In this document: in pieces, positions 7,972 to 17,869 of the stretch
How positions within the stretch are numbered: the stretch's first letter is position 1
Layout of the letters: every line of letters begins with the position of its first letter
DNA from: Candidatus Anstonellales archaeon
Lineage (GTDB): Archaea; Micrarchaeota; Micrarchaeia; Anstonellales; J096
NCBI GenBank assembly: GCA_038740615.1
Contig: JAVYLQ010000007.1
Span: 1 to 20,462 of the forward strand
Direction of reading: 5' to 3'
Length of the DNA: 20,462 nucleotides
Made by a program: the position numbers and the translations under genes
The notes under the pieces: generated by a model
Seen by the model: the letters and a program-made list of their open reading frames with translations, nothing else
Database searches by the model: none
Told to the model about the DNA's origin: nothing

Positions 7972-9114
7972 TTAAATTTTAATCCTATCTACAACCCAGT
8001 CTATATTATAATTTTCATCATATACTTCTATAGGGATACCTAGAGAACCTATTTCCTGTTGAATCTTCTTTAGAGCCACATCTGCATTAGGTCCTCCTCT
8101 TCTAACAATTATCCTGACCTGATGATCGAGAAACTGTTCTTTATATTCTAATATTGCCTTTATTATCCCGTCAAAAGTTTTAGATACATCTGTAAAGTTA
8201 GCAATACCTCCTCCCAAGACTAGCACTTTTGGTTTGGAAGGGCTTCTGAACATTGCTCTGAAGAATATTTTAGCATATTCGTACGTCTCTGTTATAGTAG
8301 GGTTTCCACTATATTCAGCATAATTAGCTATCTCTTTTCCATAGCCGGCTAAATAGATACTATCAAGGAATACCACACTTGCTCCTCCTCCAGCAGTCAT
8401 CAACCAGATAGATCCATTTGGATTCAAGATTGTGAATTTGAAAGAGGCACCAGTATTCTTATCTAATTCTTCAACCATCTTCTCCTCTTCGTAACTACCT
8501 TTTTCAAAGGGTTCAGGAAATTCTATATCCCATTTAGCCCTGAAGTGTGCATAATCATCAAATTCCGCCAACATTCCCAGAGGGACTATCTTCCCATCTA
8601 TCTCTGTATATGGATTAATCTCCAAATAAGAGATGTCCATATCGATGCAGAATTTGTGTATCTCTGGAAACTGTTCGGAGAGTTTACCCTGTGGAACGAA
8701 TTCCTCTTGAACAGTATCCCATTTCTCCTCTATATCCACACCCCCACTATCGGAATACAATATTCTATCCCCCTCTCTCTCAGAGATTATTGCCAAATAC
8801 TTTTCCTCACTGTGAGGGATAAATTCCTCGACCAAAAAATGCCTCACCTCTCCATTGTAGATACGATATCCATAATTTTTCCTTATGAATTCTTTAACCT
8901 GTTCTATATCTAGATTCAATCCCACTAATCCTGTCTTCTGCCTCTTATTAAACATTTCATCAGCTTTTACTACATATCTCTTGGATCTATCTAATAATTT
9001 ATCTAAAATATCTAATTGTTTAAGATCTGATATCAGTACTCCTTGATAATCAGAACCAAAATACTTATAGAATATTCTCTTCAAATCATATTCTCTAACT
9101 CTTTTCCGAGCCAT
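7972..9114 (-). CDS. aclB: ATP-citrate lyase beta subunit (citryl-CoA synthetase ATP-grasp + citrate-binding domains)
   Basis: MARKRVREYD, VVK.D...KR.K.GLVGLN, GGVDIE, YLEINP, FPEPF, LD..TGAS.K.TILNP.G.IW.M.AGGGASVV..D, ANY.EYSG.P, GGGIANFTDV..TF.GII.A, VRRGGPN. These match ACLY N-terminal half / AclB rather than SucC. Confidence 0.9.
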   Translation of the reverse strand: MARKRVREYDLKRIFYKYFGSDYQGVLISDLKQLDILDKLLDRSKRYVVKADEMFNKRQKTGLVGLNLDIEQVKEFIRKNYGYRIYNGEVRHFLVEEFIPHSEEKYLAIISEREGDRILYSDSGGVDIEEKWDTVQEEFVPQGKLSEQFPEIHKFCIDMDISYLEINPYTEIDGKIVPLGMLAEFDDYAHFRAKWDIEFPEPFEKGSYEEEKMVEELDKNTGASFKFTILNPNGSIWLMTAGGGASVVFLDSIYLAGYGKEIANYAEYSGNPTITETYEYAKIFFRAMFRSPSKPKVLVLGGGIANFTDVSKTFDGIIKAILEYKEQFLDHQVRIIVRRGGPNADVALKKIQQEIGSLGIPIEVYDENYNIDWVVDRIKI

Positions 9115-9138
9115 GATCTAAGCTTTGATGGTACATTA

Positions 9139-9144
9139 TTTAAA
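9139..9144 (-). promoter_or_regulatory. TATA box (TTTAAA) for aclB; divergent AT-rich box at about 9164-9176 probably serves the + strand gene
   Basis: 24 nt upstream of ATG at 9114 in a 78-nt divergent spacer. Confidence 0.55.
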
Positions 9145-9192
9145 CCTAATTGAAACAATTACATTTTTTAATTAAAGCCCATATTATAACAC

Positions 9193-9930
9193 ATGTATTG
9201 GCTACTAATTTTTATACTTATCACATATTCCTCTCAGAACATAATACCAATCAATAAAGATATGAATATTATTGAAGCCACAACGTATCCCACTATCCCA
9301 GTGATATTAGAATTCGATCCAAAAGTAGGAGATAGGGAGTATGATATATATGAGATGGAATTACCAGAGGGATGGGTATCCAACAGTCCTGCTAGATTTC
9401 AAAACCCAATAAGGATCATAATAACCCCACCGGATACTTCTGCTGGTTTGTACATCATTCCAATCAGATTCATAGATGAATATGAAATCAACCCTCTACC
9501 TACCAAAACTGTGCTAGTATATGTAAATGTATCCAGAGATCTATTCAGAGTTAGAACAGAAGGAGAAATAACTGGAAACTACAAACAACCAGTTCGATTC
9601 AGAGTGGAGATTGAATCCAAGGCCCCAGCTACTTATATAATAGAAGCTCGTAGCTATAATAATAGATTCCTTAAAGAGGTTTATGTTAAAGATAGATACG
9701 GACAGCTGATTGAGTTTATATATCCGTTTGAAGGAGATTTTAAAATCGATTTAGAGGTCAGACCCAAATATTCAAGTACTATGAAATATAGGACTGAAAT
9801 AATAGCTAAGATAAGAGAAGATCTATTCATGGATTTCCAGGCTTACAAATATGGAGCTCTACTGTATTTCCAGCAGAATTCATTGATTGCTAGTATTCTG
9901 AATATTCTCTACCAACTTCTTAATAGATAG
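9193..9930 (+). CDS. Hypothetical exported/surface protein with beta-sandwich (NEW3/Ig-like) domains
   Basis: Short signal peptide MYWLLIFILITYSS; ELPEGW...ITPPDTSAGLYII resembles the NEW3 pattern; beta-strand alternation; amphipathic C-terminal helix. 3' end overlaps taw3 by 51 nt. Confidence 0.7.
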   Translation: MYWLLIFILITYSSQNIIPINKDMNIIEATTYPTIPVILEFDPKVGDREYDIYEMELPEGWVSNSPARFQNPIRIIITPPDTSAGLYIIPIRFIDEYEINPLPTKTVLVYVNVSRDLFRVRTEGEITGNYKQPVRFRVEIESKAPATYIIEARSYNNRFLKEVYVKDRYGQLIEFIYPFEGDFKIDLEVRPKYSSTMKYRTEIIAKIREDLFMDFQAYKYGALLYFQQNSLIASILNILYQLLNR

Positions 9931-10443
9931 ATAGAATCTATTTAGCATATTAAAATTTCTTCTTAGCATATTATTTATTAATTCTATTAGCTCCTCATCT
10001 ATTATCAATTTACTCACTGGTGCGGATAGATATACATTCCCCATTAGCTCTATGAAATATCCTACCTTGATTCTCTGTATCCCCCCTCTTTTAATACCAG
10101 CTGCTCTCGCTGCTCTCATTATGCTATCGGCAGTATCCAAATCTTCAGTTATGATGTGTATTATGAAAGGCTCTACTCTTAGCCAAGTATTAGAATCTTT
10201 AGGGATATCTTTCAAATCCTCTATGCTTATATATCTATGAAATGTTAAATACTTCTCACTATCAATTTTTCTACCTCTATCAATCAGAACCATAACCCTA
10301 CCAGAACAGCTAGATGTGGTGAATGCTCTATCCATTGAATTTATGATATTGATCAGAGGTATTATAGGTTCATCTACTTCCTGCTGCTCCAGATAATACT
10401 GTAATTTTTTCATAGTAGCACTCTTTCTAGCCTGAAAGCTCAT
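9880..10443 (-). CDS. taw3: tRNA(Phe) wyosine-derivative N4-methyltransferase Taw3/TYW3
   Basis: VDEPIIPL...IN....FTTSSCSGR signature, FH, EPFIIHI, AR.AG.K..GI. Confidence 0.92.
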   Translation of the reverse strand: MSFQARKSATMKKLQYYLEQQEVDEPIIPLINIINSMDRAFTTSSCSGRVMVLIDRGRKIDSEKYLTFHRYISIEDLKDIPKDSNTWLRVEPFIIHIITEDLDTADSIMRAARAAGIKRGGIQRIKVGYFIELMGNVYLSAPVSKLIIDEELIELINNMLRRNFNMLNRFYLSIKKLVENIQNTSNQ

Positions 10444-11077
10444 CTTTGATTATCTTAATCAGCTGATCAGAAGTGAGATAGCCATATTTCTTAGATCTAT
10501 AGATTATAGTGGGATAGTCTGTTATGTTGTTCTTTCTAGCAAGATATTCCCCCAACCCTTCCATCAATCCATCAAAAGAGTATACCCTTAACATAATCCC
10601 TTCATTTCTCAATCTGTTTCTAACCTCTGAAATCTCAAAACCCTGCTCATAGCATCTATCACAAGGTCTTGTATCATTATTGTAGTAGAAGTAGATTATA
10701 TATTCAGTACTATAATTACATCTTTCTATCCCGGTCTGTAATAGAAGATAATCTCGGTATAGATATTCGAAATACAGATTTTTCAAATCTCTATCTACTC
10801 TACCCTGGGACTCTAGATACTCAATTCTCTCCCCTAATTTCCAACTGGTCTGTTCTAATCTGGGAAATAGATAATTGAAAAGAGAGCAGAATTCCTCACT
10901 ATCCCTTTCAGATATAGCCTGTAACAGACCTATTTTGGAGCTAAGTTCATTTATCTCACTGACAGTCTTCTCATTGAGGGATTTGGTATATCCCCATCCT
11001 AGAACAAAACCTGCCATGAATATAACTAGCACAATTACAAATCCCGTGAAGAATACCAAATAATCTATTGATCTCAT
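10427..11077 (-). CDS. Membrane-anchored extracellular protein with helical stalk and C-terminal thioredoxin-like CxxC domain
   Basis: N-terminal TM, helical region with two Cys, then IIYFY...PCDRCYEQG...VYSFD...NITDYPTII. Start placed at ATG 11077 (ATGA overlap with GT2 stop, AGGTG at 11087-11091) rather than the GTG at 11089. Confidence 0.75.
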   Translation of the reverse strand: MRSIDYLVFFTGFVIVLVIFMAGFVLGWGYTKSLNEKTVSEINELSSKIGLLQAISERDSEEFCSLFNYLFPRLEQTSWKLGERIEYLESQGRVDRDLKNLYFEYLYRDYLLLQTGIERCNYSTEYIIYFYYNNDTRPCDRCYEQGFEISEVRNRLRNEGIMLRVYSFDGLMEGLGEYLARKNNITDYPTIIYRSKKYGYLTSDQLIKIIKDELSG

Positions 11078-12375
11078 CTTGTCTCCCACCTATTCTGAGC
11101 CTGTGTTATTTCTTTGTATATAACGAATGGCCAGACGAAGAACCATGCCCAACCGAACATGATCATAAACCCAATAAAATCAATTATCTCCTTTGATGAT
11201 ACCTTCTTATCTCCAGCTTTATCGCGCAATATGTTGATCATATGTATCTGCCAAGGTAACAGAATTATCCAAAATACGAATGTAGCTATCATAAAGTGAT
11301 CTACCATAAGTTCAAGTATATCAAAACCCAATCTAAATATCCATAGCTGATGGTCTATTAAGAATAGTATTAGACTCAGGAAGAATGTTGAGAATGGAAC
11401 AAAGAATAGAACATCTAAGAGATATCCAAAAACGAACAGATTCCCCCATTTAATATCTAATAGATCTTGGTGTTTTATTCTGTTCCAAATCCCTCCTCTG
11501 ATCCATCGAACTCTCTGCTTTATCAATGCACTCAAGCTCTTTGGAACTTCTGTATAAGCGAATGCATCTAAGGAAGATAATACTTTATACCCATGTTTCT
11601 GTAAATTCATAGCTATCTCCTGATCCTCAGTTAGACTATTTGTATCGAATAATCCTACTTTCATAACGGCCTCTTTTCTAAAAGCACTCAAACCACCTGG
11701 AGTTACATACACACTGTCAAATGCCTCAAGAATGCGTCGATATACCAAGATTATATCGTATTCGATACTTTGCCACTTAGTTAGATTGGTGTTACTATTC
11801 AATACCCTTACACTACCTGATACTGCCCCCACCATAGGTTCATCGAAATAAGAAGCGAGTTTAGCTGGAGCCTCCCTATCTATAATACTATCTGAATCGA
11901 TTGTTATTATAATATCCCCTGAAGAATTTAATATACCCACATTTTTTGCTGAGGCGGCTCCACCATTCTCCTTTCTAATCACCCTAATATTATCATATCT
12001 TTTTGCATAATCATCAAGTATTATACCAGTGTTATCAGTGGATCCATCATCTACAACTATCACCTCAAACCTGTCCTTAGGATAATCTATGTTCATCAGT
12101 GAGTCCAAGCATTTCCTTATATTCTCCCCCTCATTATATACAGGTACTACAAAACTTATCCTATAATTATAATTCTTACCAGATGATCTAACTATGTAAT
12201 CGTATTTATCAATTAATTTTGTAATAAATACAAAGCTTATTGTAAAAACTATAAAAAAAGAAACTATTGCTAAAAAATATCTAACAGGTTTTGCAAGATT
12301 CAATAATATTATAGCTATTAATAACACAATAAGTGCAATTAGAAATAGTCTAACATGTTTCTGATCAAATCTCAT
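11074..12375 (-). CDS. Processive-type GT2 membrane glycosyltransferase (PgaC/IcaA/cellulose-synthase-like)
   Basis: Two N-terminal TMs; VPVYNE, VDDGSTD, IDSD, LTED, QRVRW (D,D,D,QxxRW); several C-terminal TMs. Start overlaps atpD by 11 nt. Confidence 0.92.
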   Translation of the reverse strand: MRFDQKHVRLFLIALIVLLIAIILLNLAKPVRYFLAIVSFFIVFTISFVFITKLIDKYDYIVRSSGKNYNYRISFVVPVYNEGENIRKCLDSLMNIDYPKDRFEVIVVDDGSTDNTGIILDDYAKRYDNIRVIRKENGGAASAKNVGILNSSGDIIITIDSDSIIDREAPAKLASYFDEPMVGAVSGSVRVLNSNTNLTKWQSIEYDIILVYRRILEAFDSVYVTPGGLSAFRKEAVMKVGLFDTNSLTEDQEIAMNLQKHGYKVLSSLDAFAYTEVPKSLSALIKQRVRWIRGGIWNRIKHQDLLDIKWGNLFVFGYLLDVLFFVPFSTFFLSLILFLIDHQLWIFRLGFDILELMVDHFMIATFVFWIILLPWQIHMINILRDKAGDKKVSSKEIIDFIGFMIMFGWAWFFVWPFVIYKEITQAQNRWETR

Positions 12376-12976
12376 CTTTCTTCAACGATTTGAGTTTAAC
12401 AAAATTCTCTCTTTCCATCTCTTCCAATTTCTGTTTAATAAGCTCTATATCCCGTTCTATCTTTGGAATAATAACATATTGTAAAGAATTAACTCTACGT
12501 TTCGTTTTCTTAATCTCCTTAAGTATATATTTAAGACTTGCAGTTATCTCTGTTAGATCTATGAGTATATTTATCAACTCTCTATTCTGCATTACCAAGG
12601 CACCTAATGATACGGATTTGAGAAATGGATAATATGGGGTTCTATCGGTTCTATTCAGAGTTATTTTAGGAATTCTTACACCCATAACATTCCTGTAGGT
12701 TATATCCATCGAGTAATCTATTGCGTTATATTTTGCTATTGCCTCTAGTTCGGCATATGTGTACTCTTCAGACACTACTCTTGCTATGTTCTTACTGTTC
12801 TTGATCAATCTATCAACCTCTCCCTGTTTCTCCTTAAATTTCTTGATCAATTCGAATAGATGTGAAATCAGAACATCTAGTTTTCTCTTGAGAAGCGAAT
12901 GGCCCTTTCTAGCTAGAGCTAATCTATTCTTTAATTTCAGTAGTTCCATTCGAGTGTATTGTATATCACTTGACAT
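12365..12976 (-). CDS. atpD: A/V-type ATP synthase subunit D
   Basis: [55 protein letters not shown]. Confidence 0.97.
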   Translation of the reverse strand: MSSDIQYTRMELLKLKNRLALARKGHSLLKRKLDVLISHLFELIKKFKEKQGEVDRLIKNSKNIARVVSEEYTYAELEAIAKYNAIDYSMDITYRNVMGVRIPKITLNRTDRTPYYPFLKSVSLGALVMQNRELINILIDLTEITASLKYILKEIKKTKRRVNSLQYVIIPKIERDIELIKQKLEEMERENFVKLKSLKKDEI

Positions 12977-14330
12977 ATTTCCTCAGATACTTTTCAATCT
13001 CCTCTTTCTTAACTTTCTTAAGCTCACTCTCTGGCAAAATACTTAACAGCTCCCAACCTAATTCAAGACTCTTTTCTATATCCCTCCTCTCATTTCTCTT
13101 CTGAGCTATAAATCTTCTTTCAAACTCATCTGCAAATTTAAGATATTTCCTGTCTGTTTCTCCTAGAGAATCCTCTCCTACTACTGCAGCTAATGCTCTG
13201 AGATCCCTACCATTTGCATATGCTGCATATAACTGATTACTAACATTCTTATGATCCTCTCTAGTTTTATCCTTACCTATTCCATTATTCATCAATCTAC
13301 TTAAACTAGGCAATGGATCTATTGCAGGATACAAACCCTTCCTGTGCAATTCTCTACTCAGTACTATCTGCCCTTCAGTAATGTAACCAGTTAGATCTGG
13401 AATAGGATGAGTTCTATCATCACTAGGCATTGTTAGTATTGGTATCTGTGTTACACTACCTTTTCTCCCCACAACAATTCCAGCTCTTTCGTATATTGTT
13501 GCAAAATCAGTATACATATAACCTGGATATCCTCTTCTCCCAGGTACCTCTTTCCTAGCCCCAGAGATCTCTCTGAGTGCCTCGGCATAGTTAGTTATAT
13601 CTGTTATTATTACCAATACATGCATATCTCTCTGGAAAGCTAGATACTCTGCTACTGTTAGGGCCAATCTAGGTGTTAGCAATCTCTCTATGGCAGGGTC
13701 ATTAGCTAGATTCAAGAACAGTACAGATCTATCGATAGCCCCTGTTCTCTCAAAATCTTTCCTAAAAAACAGTGCTTCGTCATAGGTAATACCTATTGCT
13801 GCAAACACTACTGCAAAATTCTCTCCTTTAACATTAGCCTGTCGAGCGATCTGTGCAGCCAATTCATTGTGAGGTAAACCTGATCCAGAGAATATAGGTA
13901 GTTTCTGACCTCTCACAAGAGTATTCATAACATCTATAGTAGATATACCTGTCTCTATGAAATCATTTGGAGGTCTTCTTGCAAATGGATTGATAGGTTC
14001 ACCATTTACATTCAATCTTAACTCAGATTTGATGATACTCCCATCTAGTGGTCTGCCAAAACCATCAAACACCTTACCTAATACATCGTCACTAACTCCA
14101 AATAGCATAGGTTCTGCTGTAAACGATACTGTAGCGTTCCTATTCAAATCTATTGTATTACCAAATACCTGTATAACTGCTATACCCTCTCTAGCTTCTA
14201 GTACCTGTCCCTTTAATCTCTCCCCATTCTCTTTTCTTATATCAACTATCTCCCCGTACATGACTGGATGATCTACTCTTACAAACATCAGAGGACCTGC
14301 AATGTCCTGTACAGTTTTATATTCTATCAT
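12966..14330 (-). CDS. atpB: A/V-type ATP synthase subunit B
   Basis: [75 protein letters not shown] at 14339-14344. Confidence 0.99.
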   Translation of the reverse strand: MIEYKTVQDIAGPLMFVRVDHPVMYGEIVDIRKENGERLKGQVLEAREGIAVIQVFGNTIDLNRNATVSFTAEPMLFGVSDDVLGKVFDGFGRPLDGSIIKSELRLNVNGEPINPFARRPPNDFIETGISTIDVMNTLVRGQKLPIFSGSGLPHNELAAQIARQANVKGENFAVVFAAIGITYDEALFFRKDFERTGAIDRSVLFLNLANDPAIERLLTPRLALTVAEYLAFQRDMHVLVIITDITNYAEALREISGARKEVPGRRGYPGYMYTDFATIYERAGIVVGRKGSVTQIPILTMPSDDRTHPIPDLTGYITEGQIVLSRELHRKGLYPAIDPLPSLSRLMNNGIGKDKTREDHKNVSNQLYAAYANGRDLRALAAVVGEDSLGETDRKYLKFADEFERRFIAQKRNERRDIEKSLELGWELLSILPESELKKVKKEEIEKYLRKYVK

Positions 14331-14332
14331 TT

Positions 14333-16039
14333 TTAGAACACCTCAATCATCTTAAGTATCTCTCTAATTTCATCATTATTAGCCATTTTCATTCTCGCTA
14401 TTCTCTCCACTATTGGATTGGATCTGAGCTCCTGAATAGTTTTAGTGCCCGCATCAAGATGTTTCAAACCTTTATTATAATATGATATTATAGCATTTAC
14501 CATCAATGCTTGCTTCTCGAGAGTAGTGTAGGCATCAATCTCATCAAAAGCATTCTGCTGTAAGAAATCCTCTCTTATCATCCTACCAATCACCAATACG
14601 AACTGCTCTCTCTCTGGTAATGCATCGGGTCCAACCAACTGTACTATCTCCTGTAGCTCTGCCTCTCTTTGTAATAATTTAGATATCATTTGTAGATTAT
14701 CAGGGAAGTTGGGATCTACATTTTTTCTGTAGTATTCATAAACTATATCTCTATACAAAGAATAACTTCTCAACCAATTTATGGATGGGAAATGTCTCCT
14801 CTGAGCAAGAGAAGCATCAAGAGCTAAGAATCCTTTAACTACTCTTAAAGTGTTTTGAGATACTGGTTCTGATAGATCACCTCCAGGAGGAGATACTGCT
14901 CCTATAACAGTAATACTAGCTATATCTCCATTTAGAGTCTTAACTCTACCAGCTCGTTCATAGAATTCTGCAATCTTCTTAGATAGATATGATGGATATC
15001 CTTCCTCTCCGGGCATTTCCTCCAGTCTTCCAGAAATCTCTCTGAGCGCTTCTGCCCATCTACTAGTAGAATCTGCCATTAGAGCTACATCATAACCCAT
15101 ATCTCTAAAATACTCTGCTATGGTTATACCTACATATATACTTGCTTCTCTTGCTGCTACAGGCATATTTGAAGTATTAGCTATCAGAACAGTTCTATTC
15201 ATCAACGCACTACCTGTCTTTGGATCTTTAAGATGTGGGAATTCTACCAATACTTCTGTCATTTCATTTCCTCTCTCCCCACATCCGATATATACTACTA
15301 TATCAGCATCAGAGTACTTTGCCAAACTCTGCTGTGTTACTGTCTTTCCTGATCCAAATGGTCCAGGTATAGCCACAACTCCCCCTTTTGCTATAGGAAA
15401 TAGGCTATCTATTACTCTTATACCAGTAACAAGAGGTATTTCAGTTCCAAATTTCTCCTGGACAGGTCTTGGTATTCTAACTGGCCAGGATTGATATAGC
15501 TTTAGCTCCTTTTTACCAGATGAGGTCTCTACATATCCTATAGGATCTTCTAGTTTATACTCACCATCCTTTAGATCCTGTATCTGACCTGAATAAGGAG
15601 ATATGATCTTGTGCTTTATAGTAGAGGTCTCCTGTACATAACCTATTATCTCCCCCGTTCTAACCTTATTCTCTTTTAGAGTTCGGACGAAATGCCATTT
15701 CTTATCTCTATTTAGAGATCGTATATCTATACCTCTCTTAATAAACACACTATTATTCAAATTATATATCTGATCTAGAGGTCTCTCCAGTCCATCAAAG
15801 ATTGATCCTAGCAATCCAGGACCTAATTCTACAGATAGAGGTCTGAAAGTTCTCTCTACTGGTTCTCCTATCCTCAATCCTACTGTATCCTCATATACTT
15901 GAATAATAGCTTTATTACCTCTTATTTCTATAACTTCTCCTATCAATTTTTCCTCTCCTACTCTCACTATTTCATACATTGAAGCATCTAGTTCTGCAAC
16001 CACTACAGGTCCAGATATTTTAATTATTCTACCTCTCAT
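14333..16039 (-). CDS. atpA: A/V-type ATP synthase subunit A (catalytic), no intein
   Basis: P-loop [60 protein letters not shown] at 16048-16053. Confidence 0.99.
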   Translation of the reverse strand: MRGRIIKISGPVVVAELDASMYEIVRVGEEKLIGEVIEIRGNKAIIQVYEDTVGLRIGEPVERTFRPLSVELGPGLLGSIFDGLERPLDQIYNLNNSVFIKRGIDIRSLNRDKKWHFVRTLKENKVRTGEIIGYVQETSTIKHKIISPYSGQIQDLKDGEYKLEDPIGYVETSSGKKELKLYQSWPVRIPRPVQEKFGTEIPLVTGIRVIDSLFPIAKGGVVAIPGPFGSGKTVTQQSLAKYSDADIVVYIGCGERGNEMTEVLVEFPHLKDPKTGSALMNRTVLIANTSNMPVAAREASIYVGITIAEYFRDMGYDVALMADSTSRWAEALREISGRLEEMPGEEGYPSYLSKKIAEFYERAGRVKTLNGDIASITVIGAVSPPGGDLSEPVSQNTLRVVKGFLALDASLAQRRHFPSINWLRSYSLYRDIVYEYYRKNVDPNFPDNLQMISKLLQREAELQEIVQLVGPDALPEREQFVLVIGRMIREDFLQQNAFDEIDAYTTLEKQALMVNAIISYYNKGLKHLDAGTKTIQELRSNPIVERIARMKMANNDEIREILKMIEVF

Positions 16040-16326
16040 TATTTCAACACCTCAATTCCCAGAGCATCTTTCAGCTCCTTTTTAATCTGATCAATTTCAT
16101 TTAAATAGACTATTATTGCTTTCGATCTATTTAAATAGAATTTGTGAACGGCTCTATCTATTGTCAATCTTTCGTCTAGGAATATCACTCCCATATTATC
16201 ATCAGATAACATTTCCTTCAACTTCTGATTGAATTCTTCATTAGTATCTACTATATAAACATCTGGGATCCCAGCTACATAAAAGCCTATACAGAAATCC
16301 TTTTTACCCAACACTCCAATCCTCAC
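16039..16326 (-). CDS. atpF: A/V-type ATP synthase subunit F
   Basis: MRIGVLG..DF..GF..AGI, MGVIFLDE, ALGIE; position between C and A; TAATG coupling to atpA. Confidence 0.9.
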   Translation of the reverse strand: MRIGVLGKKDFCIGFYVAGIPDVYIVDTNEEFNQKLKEMLSDDNMGVIFLDERLTIDRAVHKFYLNRSKAIIVYLNEIDQIKKELKDALGIEVLK

Positions 16327-17125
16327 GATTGATCACCGCATTAATATATTTCCTTTCTCTATCCAATAGCTTCATAAGAACGTAAGCCTTATCTATACTA
16401 AACCAGGTCTTAGGATACAAATTTTTATAATAACTGAATATGAATTCATTCAAATACTGCTCAGCCTTAAATAGATCGTGTTCTAGGCGGATCTGTGGTA
16501 GGATATTTGAATCCCTGTAATTAATTATTTTTCTTCCATAATATTTATTTATCAGATATGCTCTGTTATCGATCTCTAACATCAATACTCTACTCAGAAT
16601 TTCACTCCTCTTGGCAATTTCCCTTTTAGCGCGTATTACAAACTCATCAATAGAATACGATATAGTATCAAATCCCTCCATGCTAGTTATCTTTATAAAT
16701 TTTCCTAATGTAGTAGCTTTGAGAAATCCTATTACATTTTGCTTTCTCTTATATTCTGTTATTAAATACTCTTTCTTATCTAAGAAAGACATCACTTTAG
16801 GGTGTTCAACATTTCTGTACTTCTCATCCAACATTATAAGTAGATTCTTAGATTCGTATTCGGCTATCATATAGATAAAGGTTTCATGATCAGTTATATG
16901 TTTTCGAATTCTATTTACAACATCGTTGAATCTCTTAAACAATCCTTTCTCTATCGTACTCTTTATAGAATCTCTGTAATCAAAGTATTTTCCATAATCA
17001 GTTTTCTTCAACATCTCATACACTGAAGAAATGGAATTTAACTTACTTAGATCTGCTAAGAAGTTATCTGTTAAAAGTGTAGATCTTATAGCGCTTAGAT
17101 ATGCGTTTAGAAACTCTAGACTCAT
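16304..17125 (-). CDS. atpC: A/V-type ATP synthase subunit C (shortened, divergent)
   Basis: FLNA..SA..S.LL, L.KTDYG, EYE..NL..ML, L..T..G, EID..; operon position between E and F. Confidence 0.8.
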   Translation of the reverse strand: MSLEFLNAYLSAIRSTLLTDNFLADLSKLNSISSVYEMLKKTDYGKYFDYRDSIKSTIEKGLFKRFNDVVNRIRKHITDHETFIYMIAEYESKNLLIMLDEKYRNVEHPKVMSFLDKKEYLITEYKRKQNVIGFLKATTLGKFIKITSMEGFDTISYSIDEFVIRAKREIAKRSEILSRVLMLEIDNRAYLINKYYGRKIINYRDSNILPQIRLEHDLFKAEQYLNEFIFSYYKNLYPKTWFSIDKAYVLMKLLDRERKYINAVINREDWSVG

Positions 17126-17604
17126 AGTTGATCTATTATATTAGTTATATATTTTTCTATTATCCTCCTCATATCCATATTGATATAATAGTTCTTACCT
17201 CTAGGTTTATAGATAAACCCAAAGATCAACTCTTTAGACTTTTTAGCCCCAGGTACATCTATATTTTCAGGAACTATTATTTCCTCATAATCTAATTTTG
17301 TGATCATATCTATAAGCTCCTGTTTATACTTGTTATTCATATGAATTAATAATTTCTGGATTAATGTGTCTATAAATTCTCTCTTTCTCTGATTCAGATC
17401 TCTCTCCAATTCATTCTTCAGAGCTCTGATAGATGACTCATTCTGCTCTATCAATTCTTTCTCGTAATTCTTCAAAATCTCCTTTCTCTCCTGCTCCAAT
17501 TCGCTTGAAAGCCTCTCTCGTTCTAATTCTAGCTTGAACACAAACTCCTCCAGCTCCTTCCTAAGTTTAGACTCATGTTCTTGGACAATGCTCTCTTCTA
17601 TCAT
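17122..17604 (-). CDS. atpE: A/V-type ATP synthase subunit E (divergent)
   Basis: Glu/Lys-rich N-terminal coiled coil, small C-terminal domain with IFGFI...YINM; position between K and C; ATGA overlap with atpC. Confidence 0.8.
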   Translation of the reverse strand: MIEESIVQEHESKLRKELEEFVFKLELERERLSSELEQERKEILKNYEKELIEQNESSIRALKNELERDLNQRKREFIDTLIQKLLIHMNNKYKQELIDMITKLDYEEIIVPENIDVPGAKKSKELIFGFIYKPRGKNYYINMDMRRIIEKYITNIIDQL

Positions 17605-17614
17605 ATTAATGATT

Positions 17615-17869
17615 TTATATCTTGAAGATTAGCAGGAGAGATATTACCATTCCGATCAGAACAATGGTTTCTGGTAATAGTACGTAAAGTAACATATTCC
17701 CTCGGAGCTCTGGTTTCTCTGCTAGAACAGCAGCAAATGACGATCCGATCTTTGCTTGAGAATATGCAGCAGCAATAGCACTCAAACCAAATGCTATCCC
17801 TGCAGCTATTGCTATTAGTCCTGAGCTATCTGCTGTCATCAGAGTCTCTGCGATTTTTTGTTCAGCCAT
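17615..17869 (-). CDS. atpK: A/V-type ATP synthase proteolipid subunit K (c), single hairpin
   Basis: Two TMs, YSQAKIG, AEKPE loop, LPET with the ion-binding Glu. Start moved to ATG 17869 because AGGTGA at 17878-17883 is an SD with an 8-nt spacer and the track's GTG lies inside it. Confidence 0.95.
   Translation of the reverse strand: MAEQKIAETLMTADSSGLIAIAAGIAFGLSAIAAAYSQAKIGSSFAAVLAEKPELRGNMLLYVLLPETIVLIGMVISLLLIFKI

Noticed and set aside
7972..9114. Succinyl-CoA synthetase beta (sucC), or evidence for autotrophic rTCA
   Set aside because: AGGGAS, ANFTDV and RRGGPN are ACL-type rather than SucC-type (NGAGL, GGI.RCD, RL.GTN). One subunit without aclA or other rTCA genes cannot support carbon fixation.
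2784..12375. GT2 and cellulase as one cellulose-synthesis (bcs-like) system
   Set aside because: They are 5.5 kb apart in separate transcription units. Tandem CBM2 and two catalytic domains fit degradation of external substrate better than a BcsZ-like editing role, and the GT2 product is unknown.
12966..16039. Inteins in atpA/atpB or introns in the tRNAs
   Set aside because: Subunit lengths are normal with contiguous motifs; both tRNAs fold without insertions.
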